A DNA stretch of 64,000 bases from the human T2T-CHM13v2.0 reference genome, Homo sapiens: the NCBI RefSeq assembly GCF_009914755.1, contig NC_060948.1. The stretch is one strand, 5' to 3'. A program made the translations under genes and the position numbers. The notes below the pieces were generated by a model. The model did not search any database. It was not told the DNA's origin and worked only from the letters and a program-made list of their open reading frames with translations. Below, in pieces: positions 31,942-48,728 of the stretch (the stretch's first letter is position 1; each line of letters begins with the position of its first letter).

Positions 31942-33225
31942 TTAAAAAAAAAAAATCATACTCTTAGAGACTTGTGGGACATGACCAAATGACTACTATA
32001 TGCCTTTTGTGAGTCCAAAGTTGGAAATAAGATGAAAAGACAGATAATATTTGAAGAAATAACAGGTAAAATCTCCCAAATTTGATAAAATACATGAATC
32101 TAAAAACTTAAGAAGATTCATGAACTCTAAGCAGAATCAACTAATAAAAGAGATTCACACTGAGACACAATATAATCAAACTGGAAAAAGACAAAAAACG
32201 GAGAACTTTGAAAGCAGCTAGAGAGAAGCAAAGTGTGAAAATGGGATCCTTGATAACATTAAAAGCCCATTAAACACCATAAATCCAGGCCTTAGAATGG
32301 CATATTCAAAGCACTAAAAGAAACCACATTAACCATGAATTTTATTGCAGCAACAATTCTCAATGAAAAATAAAGGTGAAACTAAGTCATTTCCAGACAA
32401 ACAAATTGATTATTTTGCTATCTGCCCTATAGCAATAAAATAAAAAGGCACAGGACAGAAAATTGATACTACATGAAGAAATAAAAACACTGGCAAAGGC
32501 AAATATACAGCTAAATACAAAAGCCATTATTATTAAAATTTTGGTTGTGTAACTCCTTTTTCTATACAATTTTAAAGAAAAATGCATAAAACAATAGTTT
32601 TCAATCTATCTCAAGGGACACACAACTTACAAAGATATAATCTGTGACACTACAATATAAAGGTGGTGAGATGTGCCTGCAGCTTCCTAATCTAGAGTTT
32701 TTATATACTATTAAATTTAAATTGGTATTAATCCAATAGGTTTTGATAAAGTTAAAGGTTAAAATGATCATTTTAATCCCCAGGCTAACAGTTAAGAAAA
32801 CGATTTTAAAAATACCGAATAGTAAATAAAAGGGAATTCAAAATGACATTACAGACAACCAGTTAAACAAAATAGAAGAGAGTTGTGGTAGAATTGAGGA
32901 ACAAAGGAGATACGACACATAGAAACAAGTAGCAAAATGGCAGAAGTAACTCTTTCCTTATTTAAATTATGTTAAATGTAAATAGATTAAACTCACCAAT
33001 TTGAAGACAGATTGGCAGAGTACGATCAGTAAAATAGAAGATTACGAAGCTACAGACCCAGCTTTTCTCAGAGAGTCACCCAGATAACAATACTATATGG
33101 ACCAGAACATCTTTGTGAGAACGCTAAAGACATGCTGACAAAAAAACAGCCCCCAGGCCAACATAAAACCCAGATGGGATACTAGCAAGTAGTTAGAAAA
33201 TTTGAAGCATTTTCATACCTGTCTA

Positions 33226-34030
<805 letters not shown>

Positions 34031-34613
34031 TAATAGCATATCCAGGAGAAAACCTCCCTAAACTAAGAATTGTTATTTGGCAGAGGAAACGGCATTTTGC
34101 ATTCAGTGTTTTGATTTGTCTGAGATTTTCTGTGATACTAGTTTCACCTAAACACTATCAGGACTGGCAGCATAACTTGAAAGCTGATGAAAAACGTGGA
34201 GACTACAGCCATTTAGAGACACAGTCCTGCATGCAAAACCTAGAGGAATCAACATCTCAGGAAAAATCTGGGATGTTCCAAAGCCTCTGGGCTGATTGGT
34301 CAAGGTCTTCCTTTGATCTAAGCCAGTATGTTAAGACTAGAACAGATGTGTCCCTTTTTTTCCTTCAACAGTTCAAATTGCAGCAAAAGTTTACATACCA
34401 TTGAAAGAAACAGATAATTGTGGCCAAATTATAGAAATTAAAATGAAATTCAAGTGACCAAACCTAAAGAAATGAAGATCTATAAGCAGTCAGACAAAAA
34501 CTTAAAATAACTGCCATGAGAATTCCTGAAAACTAAACAAAATCAGGAAATAAAATATGAACAAAAAGATAAATTCAACAAAGTAGAAATCATTTAAAAA
34601 GCTACAACATCTA

Positions 34614-34952
<339 letters not shown>

Positions 34953-35313
34953 TTAAACAGAAAAATTCTGTATATGGATTAAATAGCATTTGAAATAATC
35001 AAGTCAGAGATTCAAAAAGTAAAAAGAGTAAAGAAAAATAAAGAGGCCAAGGAATTTATCATATATTATCAAACAGAGCAATATAAGCATTATGGGAATC
35101 CCAAAAGAAAGCAAGAAAGAAACAGAAAACATATGTGAAGAAATAATATACCAACATTTCCTAATTCTGAGGAGAGAAAAAGATATACAAATTCAAGAAG
35201 CTCAAACATTTTTGAAAGAGAAAAAACTCAAGAGAACCACACCAAGATATATTATATCACATTGACTAAAGTCAGAAAAAATGTTGAAAGCAGAAAGACA
35301 AAAGTGACTCACT

Positions 35314-35645
35314 GGCCAGGCACAGTGGCTCAAGCCTGTAATCTCAGCACTTTGCGAGGCTGAGGCGAGTGGATCACCTGAGGTCAGGAGTTCAAGACCA
35401 GCCTGACTAACATGGAGAAACCCTGTCTCTACTAAAAATATAAAATTAGCTGGGCGTGGTGGCGCATGCCTGTAATCCCACCTACTCAGGAGCCTGAGGC
35501 AGGAGAATCACTTGAAACTGGGAAGTGGATGTTGAGGTGGGCTGAGATCACACCATTGTACTCCAGCCTGGACAACAAGAGCAAAAAACTCTGTCTCAAA
35601 AAAAAAAAAAAAAAAACTAAATAAAATAAAAAAACTAAAAAAAAA
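35314..35645 (+). mobile_element. AluSp-like
   Basis: catggagaaaccc diagnostic sequence; TSD aaagtgactca. Confidence 0.92.
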
Positions 35646-36304
35646 AGAAAGTGACTCATCACACACAAAGAAGCTTCAATAAGATTATGAAGGGATTTCT
35701 CAACAGAAACCTCACAAGGCAAAAAAAAGAGTGGGAGAAAATATGCAAAACACTGAAAGAAAAAACTGTCGGTGGTATCTGACAAAACTTTTCTTCAGAA
35801 ATGAAGACTTTCCAAAATGAGTAAATGCTGAGGATGTACATTATCATCAGACCTACTGTATAAGAAATGCTAAAAGCAGTCTTTCACGTTGAAATGAAGA
35901 CGGTGGACAGAAACATGATGTCATAGAGAAATATAAAATTATCCAGTAAAGATAAATACATGAACAAACATAGTAAACTGTATTATTTAATTTTGGTGCA
36001 TAGAACATGAAGACAAAACTTAAAAAACACAAATCTATGTTAATAAGTAACAATATATAAACATGTAATGTATGACATAAATGAGGTGAAACTAAAAGAG
36101 TAGACTTTTACTAAGTTTAGAATGTATAATTTTAATACAGTTCATGTAATTACAATGATAATCACACAGAATGTATATATACACAAAAAGATATGAGCAG
36201 AAATTCAAAACGTGTTACTAAAAATGAAATGAAACAGAAAGACAAGACAAGACAGAGAAAAGTAAGAAATACTTGGGAACAGTGAGTGTTTCCCTATATT
36301 CTGA

Positions 36305-36570
36305 GTACTTTTGGAGGCCAAGGTGGGCAAATCACATGAGCCCAGAAGTTTGAGACCAGCCTGGATAATGTGACTTTTTTAAATTTACAAACTAAAAAGA
36401 AAAACAGAAAATAGTAATTAGCTGTGTGTGGTAGCACACACCTGTAGTCCCAGCTATTCCAGAGGTTGAGATGGGAGTATCACCTGAGCCAGGGAGGTTG
36501 ATGCTGCAGTAAGCTGTGATCACACCACGGCGCTCCAGCCTGGGTATTAGAGTGAGACCCTATCTCAAAA
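36305..36570 (+). mobile_element. AluJ-like, 5' truncated
   Basis: Degenerate Alu with the J-type gctgcagtaagctgtgat motif. Confidence 0.8.
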
Positions 36571-38561
36571 AGAAAAGTAAATGAAATATACTTTTCAATC
36601 AAGAGATGTAGATTGCCTAAATGCATTAAAAAGTCCAAATAAATCCTGTCTACAATAAATTCACTTTAGATCTAAGGACATAGACTGAAAGTGACAGGAC
36701 AGAAAAATGTATTCCATAATATGGAAAAATATATTCCAGTATAATAAAAACAGCACAGACATGGCTGTCATAATGAAAAAAAAATTGAGTTAAAAGCTGT
36801 TAGACAATGTTATTATATAAGAATAAAAAGGTTATTTTAGTAAAAATATAAAAAGAATATAATTATTTGCACTAACACCAACCTGTTCCTAAATATGTTC
36901 CTAACTGTTCCAGACAGTTCCTAAATATGTAAATCAAATATTGACAGGACTGAAGTGAAAAATAGACAGCAACACAATAATAGACGTGTTTGACATCTCA
37001 GTTTAAATAATAGAATGACATAGATGATCAACAGAAATATAGAGGAGTTGAACAACATTATAGACAAATTGGAACAAATAGACATAAATAGAATACTTTA
37101 TCCAGAATACACATTCTTCTCAAGCTCCACAAAAACGATCTCGAGAATGGACCACATGTTAGGCCACAAAACCAGTCTTAACAAATATAAGATGAATGAA
37201 ATCATACAAAGTGTCTTCTTCAATAACAATCAAATGAAAGAAAATCAACAGAAGGAAAAAAATCCATAAATATGTGAAAACCATACTGCATACTTTTAGA
37301 CAATGAGTCAAGTAAGTCACAAGGGGTATTAAAAAACACTTGGAGATAAATTCAAGGAAAATATAACATACCAAAACTTATGGGATACAGCTAAAGCCAT
37401 GCAGTGACAGAAATTTATGGATGTAAATACGCACATTCAAAAAGAAAAAAAAAGACTTAAATCAACAACCTAATTTCACACTGAAGGGAACTAGGAAAAA
37501 AACAGATGAAAGTGAAAGTTAGCAAAAGGAAGGGAAAAAGAAACAGATTAAAGCAGAGATAAATTAAATAGATAATTTTAAAAAACAATAGAAATGTCAG
37601 TGATACTACGAAATGGTTTTCTTAAAAAAAACCCAACAAAATTAACATACCTTTTGGTACATTTGCTATGAAAAGAGAAATGAATCAAATAATTAAAATC
37701 AGGAATGAAAGAGAAAATATCACAGAAATAAAATTGTAAAAATACTATAAATAACTGTATAAAAACAAACTGGGTAATAGATAAAAATGAAGGACTGGTT
37801 AAAAATTCCTAGAAACACACCACCTACCAAGACTCATTCACTAATAGAAAATCTTGACAGACCAGTAACTTATTAATAAGATGAAATTAATAATGAAAAA
37901 CCTTCCAACAATGAAAAGCCCAGGACCAGTGGCTTCACACCAAAGCCAAAAATACCAGAAGCAAAGAAAATCACAGATTAATATTCTTGATGAATACTGG
38001 TGTGAAAATGATTAATAAAATACTAGAAAACTGACACACTGAAATAATTATACACCATGAACAAGTGGGATTTATTTCTGGGATACAAGAATAGTTCGAC
38101 ACATGAAAATTATTAGTGTAATATATCACTTTAGTACAATAAAAGTTAAAAATGCAATCATCTCAATCAATGCAGAACAGCATTTGACAAAATTTAACAC
38201 TCTGTCATGATGAAAAACACTCAAAACTAGGAAACACAGGAAAACAACCTCAACATAATAAAAGCCATATATGAAAAGCAGACTAGGAAAACAGGAAACT
38301 ATGAAACATAGGGAAACAACCTCAACATAATAAAAGCCATATATGAAAAGCAGACAGCTAGTGACATCTGCAAGTTGGTAGAATAATGAGTACCAGCCCT
38401 TGACTCCCACAGACACACCAGTTGGACAATATATGAATCAAAATACCTTTATAAGCAGTCCCTAATCAAGTGAACAATGTGCAGTACCCCAGAAAGACTC
38501 CTCTCCTAGTTCTGCACTGCCAAAAGAGATTCCACTGGCCCATGACTTCTCCTGTGTGGGT

Positions 38562-38564
<3 letters not shown>

Positions 38565-38610
<46 letters not shown>
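38565..38610. repeat. (TG)23 microsatellite
   Basis: Perfect dinucleotide run. Confidence 0.98.
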
Positions 38611-38611
<1 letters not shown>

Positions 38612-41195
38612 CGGGAGAGGGGTTGAAGGGGAGTGCAGTATGTATCCTAAACCCTGACTTTTTAGTGCACTGCCCAAGGGATTTGTTTCTGCATCACCTC
38701 ACCTGGAACACTGAGGAAAATGGCATAGTTCAGATGCCTAGGGGCAGATAAGAAAAAAGAAAATGGGTGGGCAGCTTTCAATAGTTGCACAGCTTGTTGA
38801 GATTGGGAAAAGGTGGCACACTATGTGAGACATTCCTCATCCCCCAGTAGGAAAAGAAGAGTGGAGTGTTCATTCAACATCTTGGTCTTTCGGTGCACCC
38901 AAAGGATTGGGTGGCTTTCTCTACCCAACATGGTTCTGCAAGATTGGGAGATGGTACATAATTCTGAGACTTCTTCAAGAACAAGGGACAAGTGTGGAAT
39001 GTGAATCTAACATCCTGATCTTTTGTGCACTGTCCTAGGGATAAGTGGGGAAAGGTATTTCTCGCTTTTCACTGCAGACTATAGAGCACTGCATATTCAC
39101 TGCAGACTATTGAGCAGTGTAAGTTTAAGAGAAGGCATAGAATTCTGATATCGCTCCCCAGGAATGAGGGAGAAAAACCAGCTGTGTACATACATAGAAA
39201 CAATTTGAGAGGGTCCTAGAATCTTTAGCCAGTCTGATTGGTAAAGATGTTTCTCTGCCAAATTCATCTGTAAATACCGGGAAAGATAGTTTATTTTCTT
39301 CAAATGCACAAACACCAGTGCAAAACTACAAGAAATACAATGAATGAGGGATATATGGCACAAGCAAAGAAATAAAGTGATCTCCATTAACTGAAAGATC
39401 TATGAATGGCCTAACAAAAATTCAAAATAATCATCAATTATTGTAAATTCAAAAGTCAGTAAGCTTCAAGTGAATATGGCTGGGCAACTAAATGAAATAA
39501 GAAAAATGATGCATTAACAAAATCACAATGTCAACAAACAAATAGAAACCATAAAAAGAACAAGATATTTTTCAGCTGAAAAATACAATAACTCAACTAT
39601 AAAACTGAACATAGAGATTCAACAGCAGAGGAGACCAAACAAAAAAATCAGCATACTTGAAGACAGATGTTTATAAATTATCCAGCCAGAGGAATAAAAA
39701 ACAAAGAGTGAGGAAAGACTAAGGGACTGCAGGGACAACATCAAATGAATCAATATAGAAGTTCTAAGAGTTTTAGAAGAGAAAGAGAAGGGGACAGAAA
39801 GCTTAAAGAAATAATGGCAAAACTTTCCAGGAACTGGAGAGGTAAATAGAGATCCTGATTCATGAAGTGCAAGGGATCCCAAGGATGAGGAATCCAGAGA
39901 AGTCTATGCTGAGACACAGTACAATCAAACTGTCAAAGGACCAATAGAGAATGTTAAAAGTAGCAAGGAAAAGGGACATATTCTTTTTGTAAAGTCATGA
40001 ACAGATTTCTTCAAACAAGTTTTGCAAGCCAGAAAGAAGCAGGATAATAAATGCAAAAAAAAAAAAAAGGATATAAATTGCCAACAAAACCCTATTCTGA
40101 GGAAAATTGTCCTTCAAAAATAAAAGAGAAAGATTTTCCAAAATAAACAAACACAGAAACAAAGACAAAAATAAAGGGAATTCATTACCACTAGATGTGC
40201 TTTACAAGAAATCCTACTACTAGTTTTTTTAAATTAAAATGAAAGGATGATCTAAACGGTAAAACAAACAAATAAAAAACCCCACAAAGACATGAATGTA
40301 TAAAAGTAACTGCTAAGGTTGAAACATAAACAAATACAGAATAAATAATACTATAATGGTAGTATGTAAATCACTTTTAATTTTAAAGTTAAAGATGACA
40401 TTTTTTAATTGTTAATTTTAATTTTTGTAGATACATGGTAGATGTATATATTATGGAGTACATGAAATATTTTGATACGGGCATGCAATGCATAATTATA
40501 TCATGGAAAATGGGGTATGCGTTCCCTCAAACATTTATCCTTGGTGTTACAAACAATCCAGTTATATTCATTTAGTTATTCTTAAAGGCATAATTAGATT
40601 ATTATTGACTATAATCACTCTGTTGTGTTATCAAATAATAGGTCTTGTTCATTCTTTCTATTTTTGTTTTCTTTTGTTTTGTTTGGGTACTCATTAACTA
40701 TCCCCAGCTCTCTTCCACACCACTCCAAATTACCCTTTCCAGCCTCTGATAACCATTCTTTTACTCTCTAGCTCCATAAGCTGAGATAACAGTACCTTAA
40801 AATATAACTACAAAAATTTAATGGATATAATTGTGACAAAAATATTACCATGGAAGGAGAAATGTGTAGAATTTGGATGTGATTGATTGAAGTCAGCTTA
40901 AAATAGAATGTTATAAGATGCTACATGTCAACCCCATTTTTACTGCAAGAAAAAACCCTCTTTAAACATGAATGGACTAAACTTCCCAATCAAATGAGGT
41001 ACAGTGGCTAAAACAAACAAAAAACTCAATTATTAGGTGTCTACAAGACACGCACTTTAGAGTAATAGACACACATAAAGTAATGGGATAAAGAAATAAA
41101 TATATTTCATTCAAATGGTAAGAAAAAGAGAGTAGTACTTTCAAGCACTACTTGAAAGTTTATAGCAACAAAATATACTGTAAAAAGAAAAAAAT

Positions 41196-41483
41196 GGCCA
41201 GGCACAGTGGCTCACACTTGTAATCCCATCATTTTGGGAGGCTAAGGTGGGTGGGTTACTTGAGGTCAGGAATTTGAGACCAGCCTGGCCGACATGGGAA
41301 ACCCTGTCTTTACTAAAAATGCAAAAATTAGCAGGGCATGGTAACATAGTCCTGTAATCCCAGCCACTCAGGAAGCTGAGCCAGGAGAATTGCTTGACCC
41401 TGGGAGGCCAAGGTTGTAGACAGCAGAGACTGTATCACTGCACTCAAGTCTGGGTAACAGAGTGAGACTCTGTCTTAAAAAAA
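41196..41483 (+). mobile_element. AluS
   Basis: Dimeric Alu. Confidence 0.9.
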
Positions 41484-41944
41484 TGGAAAGAAAAACTCTC
41501 CCTAACTTTATACTTGGACTATTAAGGGAGGCAAGGGGAGAGAAAACCATGTCCAAAGTTAGCAGAAGATGGAAATAATAAAAATTAGAGGAAATATAAA
41601 TAGAAGTTAGAAAATAAAATAATACAGAAAGTACATGAAACTATGCTTTTTTAAAACAATATTGATAAATCTTAGCTAGACTAAGAAAAAAGAGAGAAGA
41701 CTCAAATACAATTAGAGATAAAGGCAGATATTATAACTTCTCATGTCACTGATGCCACAAACATAAAATCGTAATAGATTACCTATGAAAAATAACTATT
41801 GGGTACCAGGCTTAATACCTGGATGACAAAATAATCTTTATAACAAACCCCCATGATACAAGTTTACCTCTGTAACAAACCTGCACATGTTCCCTTGAAC
41901 TAAAAAGTTAAAAAAAAATTAACATTTTTAAAAACAGAAATAAG

Positions 41945-42255
41945 ACAAGTGTGGTGGCTCACACCTGTAATCCCAACAATTTGGGAGGCTAAGGCGGGTA
42001 GATTGCTTGAGCCCAGAAGTTTAAGACCAGGCTGGGCAATATGGTGAATCCCTATCTCTTTAAAAAATCCAAAAAAAAAAAAAAATTACCTGGCATGGTA
42101 ATACTGTAGTCTCAGCTACTCAGAAGGTTGAGACATGAGGATCTCTCAAACCTGGGGAGCAGATGTGGCAGTGAGCCAAGATTGTACCACTGCACTCCAG
42201 CCTGGGTGACAGAGAGAAACTCTGTCTCAAAAAACAAACAAACAAACAAAAAACA
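41945..42255 (+). mobile_element. AluJ-like
   Basis: Dimeric Alu with (CAAA)n tail. Confidence 0.85.
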
Positions 42256-42708
42256 GAAAGAAAACAAAATCCTAAAATTCATATGGAACCATGAGAGACC
42301 ACAGATGGCCAAAATGATGTTGAGTATAAAGAAAAAAACACTTGAAGAAGCACACTTGTATTTTCAAAATATATTACAAAACTACAGTAATTAAAATGGT
42401 ATAATACTGGCACAAAGACAGATATATACCAATGGAATAAACTATAGGCCAGAAATAAATACACATATATACAGTCAACTAACATTTGAATATTGCTGCC
42501 CAAAATACTCAGTGGGGGAAAAATGACCTCCTCAAATAATGTTGGGAAACTGTATATCCATAGGGAAAATAATAAAACTGAACTCACACCACACACACAC
42601 CATCAAACTCAAATGAGTTAAAGACTGCTTAAATGTAAGACCTAAAACTATAAAACTAGTAGAGAAAGCATAGGAGAAAAGCTTGATGGGCTTAGGCTTC
42701 GTAATTAG

Positions 42709-44270
<1,562 letters not shown>

Positions 44271-45249
44271 TACTTTCACTTTTCTTTGCATTTTAAAGTT
44301 CTCACTGAGAGTTTATAAAGATTTTTATTAAACTTGTTTCCAAGTGTTTATGTTTTTGTTGCTATTGTAATTTAAATTATCTTTTTCATTTGATTTTCTA
44401 ATTGTTTGCTGTTATAATGGTAAATAAAAATGTAACTTTTCTAGAGTCAGTTTGCATCAGTTAAGTCTACTTATTACTTCCATTAGTTATCTTAAAGTTT
44501 CCTTAAGATTTTCTTTGCAAATAGTCACGTTATTTATGAATATATATGGCGTTATTTCTTCCTTTATTTTATGCATATTACTTCTTTCTTGTGAAGACTA
44601 GAATTTCCAGTACAATGTCAAATATATGTGGTTAGAGTTTCCTATTTGAAAGAGAAAGCATTCAATATTTCACCAATTAAGAATGATAGATTTCTGTAAG
44701 TTTCCCAAAGATGCCTTTCATGAGCTTGCAGAAATAACCCTAAAGAGCTTTTGTAATAAATAACTATTGAATTTTTTCAAGTGCTTTTTCTGTATCTACT
44801 TAAATTATCTTTTTTTTCTTATTTTGTTAGTATGGTAAATTACATTAATTGATGCCAAATGTTAAATCAACCTTGCATTCTTAAGATAAATCCCACTTTG
44901 TCCAAACCCATAGAGCATGCACAGCCAAGAGTGAACACTGATATAAACTATGGGCTTGAGTGATAATATTATATCAATATTGGCTCATCAACTGTATCAA
45001 GTTTACAACAAAAATGCAAGATGTTAATAATAGAAAAAAAACTGTGAGGGAAGGAGGTGGAGGTATGTGAGAACCCTCTGCATTCCACTCCCTTTTTTCT
45101 GTAAACCTAAAATTGCTCTTAATAAAAAAAAAATTAAAAAGCGAGGCTGGGTGAGGTGTCTCACACCTGTAATTACACTTTGCAAGGAGGATATCTTGAG
45201 CCTAGGAGGTGAAGACCGGCTTGGGCAATGTGGCAAGACCACATCTCCA

Positions 45250-45284
<35 letters not shown>

Positions 45285-46244
45285 CCATTTCACTCTAGTC
45301 TGGGCAACAGAGTCAGAACTTTGTCTCTAAAAAATGAATAAGTAAGAAAAAAATAAAAAACAGTATGTCTTGAGCTTGAAATACATGAAAAACAGTTTAA
45401 CCAATATTCAAATAATTTAGGTCAGAGAAGCTACCTAAAATATGTACCCCAAATGGCAAAATAAGGAAGTCAGATGAGATATTAGAAACTTAAAATTATA
45501 TAAGATTTCTCATAAATAAGCATTGTCTTCTATTCTTACATAATTACACAATAAATCTTGAACTGGTTAAAACAAAAGAGATAAAAATATAAAATATATA
45601 TTTCAGATGAGGTCTGATGTATTTATTAATAAAAATTAATGGTCATTAACAAAATGGGATAGAAAAACTAAATCTAAATCAGTTATTCAATATAAAAATT
45701 AATTGAAATTAACTTAATATACTGAAATGCCTATTTAAACACTGGCAGATATAGAGCAGAAATATAGAGCAGATCTGATAGCTTTTACTATTGAATAACT
45801 CCTAGGTAACAACTGCCAAAAAATAATCCTCGTACCTTGGTTCAGTGACATTTACTCCGTTATGCTCACCTTTTTAAGTACATAGGGATTGTTTCAATGC
45901 TGACAATCTTGGTTCTTTTGTAGATTCAACTTCCCATTTATGTACATTCTTGAACATTCTATGTTTATAAATTCTAAATATTTTCATAAGCATTATCTTT
46001 TAGGATTATATAAATGTAGTCTATATAATACAGTTTTTCACATCTCATTAAAAACCCTCTGCAAATAATTTTAAGTGCTAACAATGTGGGTGCTCTTAAC
46101 ATTTAAAATTTGGGGAAATTTCATTATTGCCACATTAAAATCAATATGGTAAATTTTTTTCTTAACAAGCTAATGAATATCTATCTCTACTAGAAATTTT
46201 CAAAGAATTCATAGTTATGATATTTCTGACATTTCACTACTCAC

Positions 46245-46328
46245 CTTTTTTAGATGGGTTGGGTGGTACAACTGGGCCATGTTTTATGTTGTCATAAAAA
46301 TTATTCATGGCTTTTGGATCAAAGTTGC
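46245..46328 (-). pseudogene. TAB3P1: TAB3 pseudo-exon, 84 bp
   Basis: NFDPKAMNNFYDNIKHGPVVPPNPSKK; ttttttatAG acceptor, gtgagt donor. Not in the ORF track. Confidence 0.92.
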
Positions 46329-46845
46329 CTATAAAAAAAGGAACTAGGAATTTATGATTCTTTCTCTCAAATTTCATTCTTTCACTATTATTTGATTTTT
46401 CAAGGAGTAACTATGAAAATTAAAATTGGAAGAAAGATAATCATTTTCTAGAATTTAAAATCTCATTATCATCTCTACATCACAAAACTGTCACATCAGT
46501 GTTTGTCTATAATTTATCATGTAATGGACTATTTCTCCAATTGCAAAGCTAGTCTCCCTCGGCAGGATTAAGCATGAGGGACATTTTAGAAAGCAAACGA
46601 AGAGGAGAAATGGAAGGATGACTGAACAATTTTCCTCTGTACTTGCCCATAAGAGCTATGACAAAAAAAGATATAAGTATAAAATAACTGCTTATGGATT
46701 CTTATGTTCAAGGAAAGAGAAGCTTAAATATTATATACAGATTTATCAATGACCAAAGAGAATATTGTGCTTATTTCACAACAATAAAACAATCCTAAGA
46801 ACTTAATGTTGCCTCAAATATTTCACTTTTAAAAAAGTTCACTCC

Positions 46846-47135
46846 GGCCGGGTGTGGTGGCTCACACCCGTAATTCCAGCACTTTGGGAGGCTGGAGCAG
46901 GTGGATCATGAGGTCATATTGAGACCATCCTGAGCAACATGGAGAAAGCCATCTCTACTAAATGCAAAAATTAGCGGGATTTGGTGGTGCACGACTGTAA
47001 TCCCAGCTACTCAGGAGGCTAAGGCGGGAGAATCTCTTGAACCTGGAAGGCGGAGGTTGCAGTGAGCCGAGATTGTGCTACTGCACTCTGTCAACAGAGC
47101 CAGACTCCTCAAACAAACAAACAAACGAACAAACA
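46846..47135 (+). mobile_element. AluS
   Basis: Dimeric Alu; TSD aaagttcactcc. Confidence 0.92.
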
Positions 47136-47741
47136 AAGTTCACTCCCAGAACAAGTGTCTATACTTCAGCTATATCTCTTGCCTTGGCTTCTCCAACATT
47201 AGTTTTGATTCAAGCAATGGTTTGGAGCCCATCTTCACTTCCGCAAACCAGCAGACTGTCCTGCACAATTCCAATTAAGATTTATAACTATGCCATAGTT
47301 ATTTACAGATAATGATGTATGGTAGAGATAATTCAAGTATAGTAAATCTCTTAATTTGTAAATTTTTTTCCCAGAAAAAGTTTTCCTCCCTAAAATCAAC
47401 AAAAAAATCTACTTTTTATCAAATCAAGCATTAATCTAATCTAAATGTCAAAGAAAAAGAGTATTCTTTTTCTAAATTAAATTATAGATTGGAAACTCAT
47501 TATTAAAAGTTTTCCAGAGATTGGGGGGGGGGGGGGAAGAAATTAGTTAATTCTGCTGTATTTAGATCTGTTATCAAGGGAATTAGAAATACTAAAATAT
47601 AAAAAAAGGGCTTATTATAAGGATATTACTCAATGTAGACCAAAAACATCTCTTATTAAAATTAAATAGTGGTTTCTTTTGTGGGGACATTTGAACGTTT
47701 ATTTTATTTTAAGATAGCTTTCTGAAAATAATTTATACATA

Positions 47742-47826
47742 GCTTTCCAAGTCTCTACTCGATCCAGGAAGTCCAGCTACCTTCACCTCTCACTGGGATT
47801 ACAGGGATGAGCCACTGCACCTGGCC
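47742..47826 (-). mobile_element. LTR12 (ERV9) 5'-terminal remnant (47742-47792) fused to an Alu 5' remnant (47793-47826)
   Basis: Minus strand TGAGAGGTGAAGGTAGCTGGACTTCCTGGATCGAGTAGAGACTTGGAAAG resembles the LTR12 start; adjacent ctgggattacagggatgagccactgcacctggcc is Alu. Confidence 0.75.
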
Positions 47827-48045
47827 TGAACATCAGCTAAGTATATTTTCCAAATAAGTTGAACATTACTTAAACTGGTGATCAGTTAAGATCATCTGTA
47901 CTATAGTGTACCTCCATAAAAAATTAAAAATACTTTACACAGGATGTAGTTAAATATTTTCACATCACATATTTGCCCATATTAAAAAATGACATAAGAA
48001 TGATTTTAAAACTGAGACATCATAATTTTGGATCTCTACTCATAG

Positions 48046-48315
<270 letters not shown>

Positions 48316-48634
48316 AAGAGTATTCATAGATATTTTTAAGAAGCACATAAACATGGTTTGGAATTAAAAGTCATCAACTTGTAAAATATTCACAACTGAC
48401 CAAAAAAGGAAAAATGCAGAATAACAGTATAGAATAGCCTAAAAGAGCTTAACAGTGAAATTGTCAAACTAAAACTATTACTGATGCCTCAAATATGACC
48501 TATAACTATGGAGTAGAAATTTCTTTACTAGGACCATAACCTTTCTTATATAACATTTTTCTTAATCTCTGAAACCAAAGTAACAATTTAAATACCGAAT
48601 TATTTCTTATGTTACCAAATAGTGAAGTCTATAC

Positions 48635-48728
48635 TTCTAGACTGAAGGAGGTTAACTTCTTTCAGTGTGCAGTCAACATTTATCTAGAGCTGTCTGTTCA
48701 TGCGTCTCAATCTTGTTATTTTCTCAGG
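48635..48728 (-). pseudogene. TAB3P1: TAB3 pseudo-exon, 94 bp, premature stop
   Basis: PEKITRLRRMNRQL*INVDCTLKEVNLLQSR; TAG at 48684-48686; AG/GT junctions. Not in the ORF track. Confidence 0.92.

Noticed and set aside
36713-36727. ttccata-a-tatggaa hairpin
   Set aside because: A 7-bp stem in AT-rich DNA is expected by chance.
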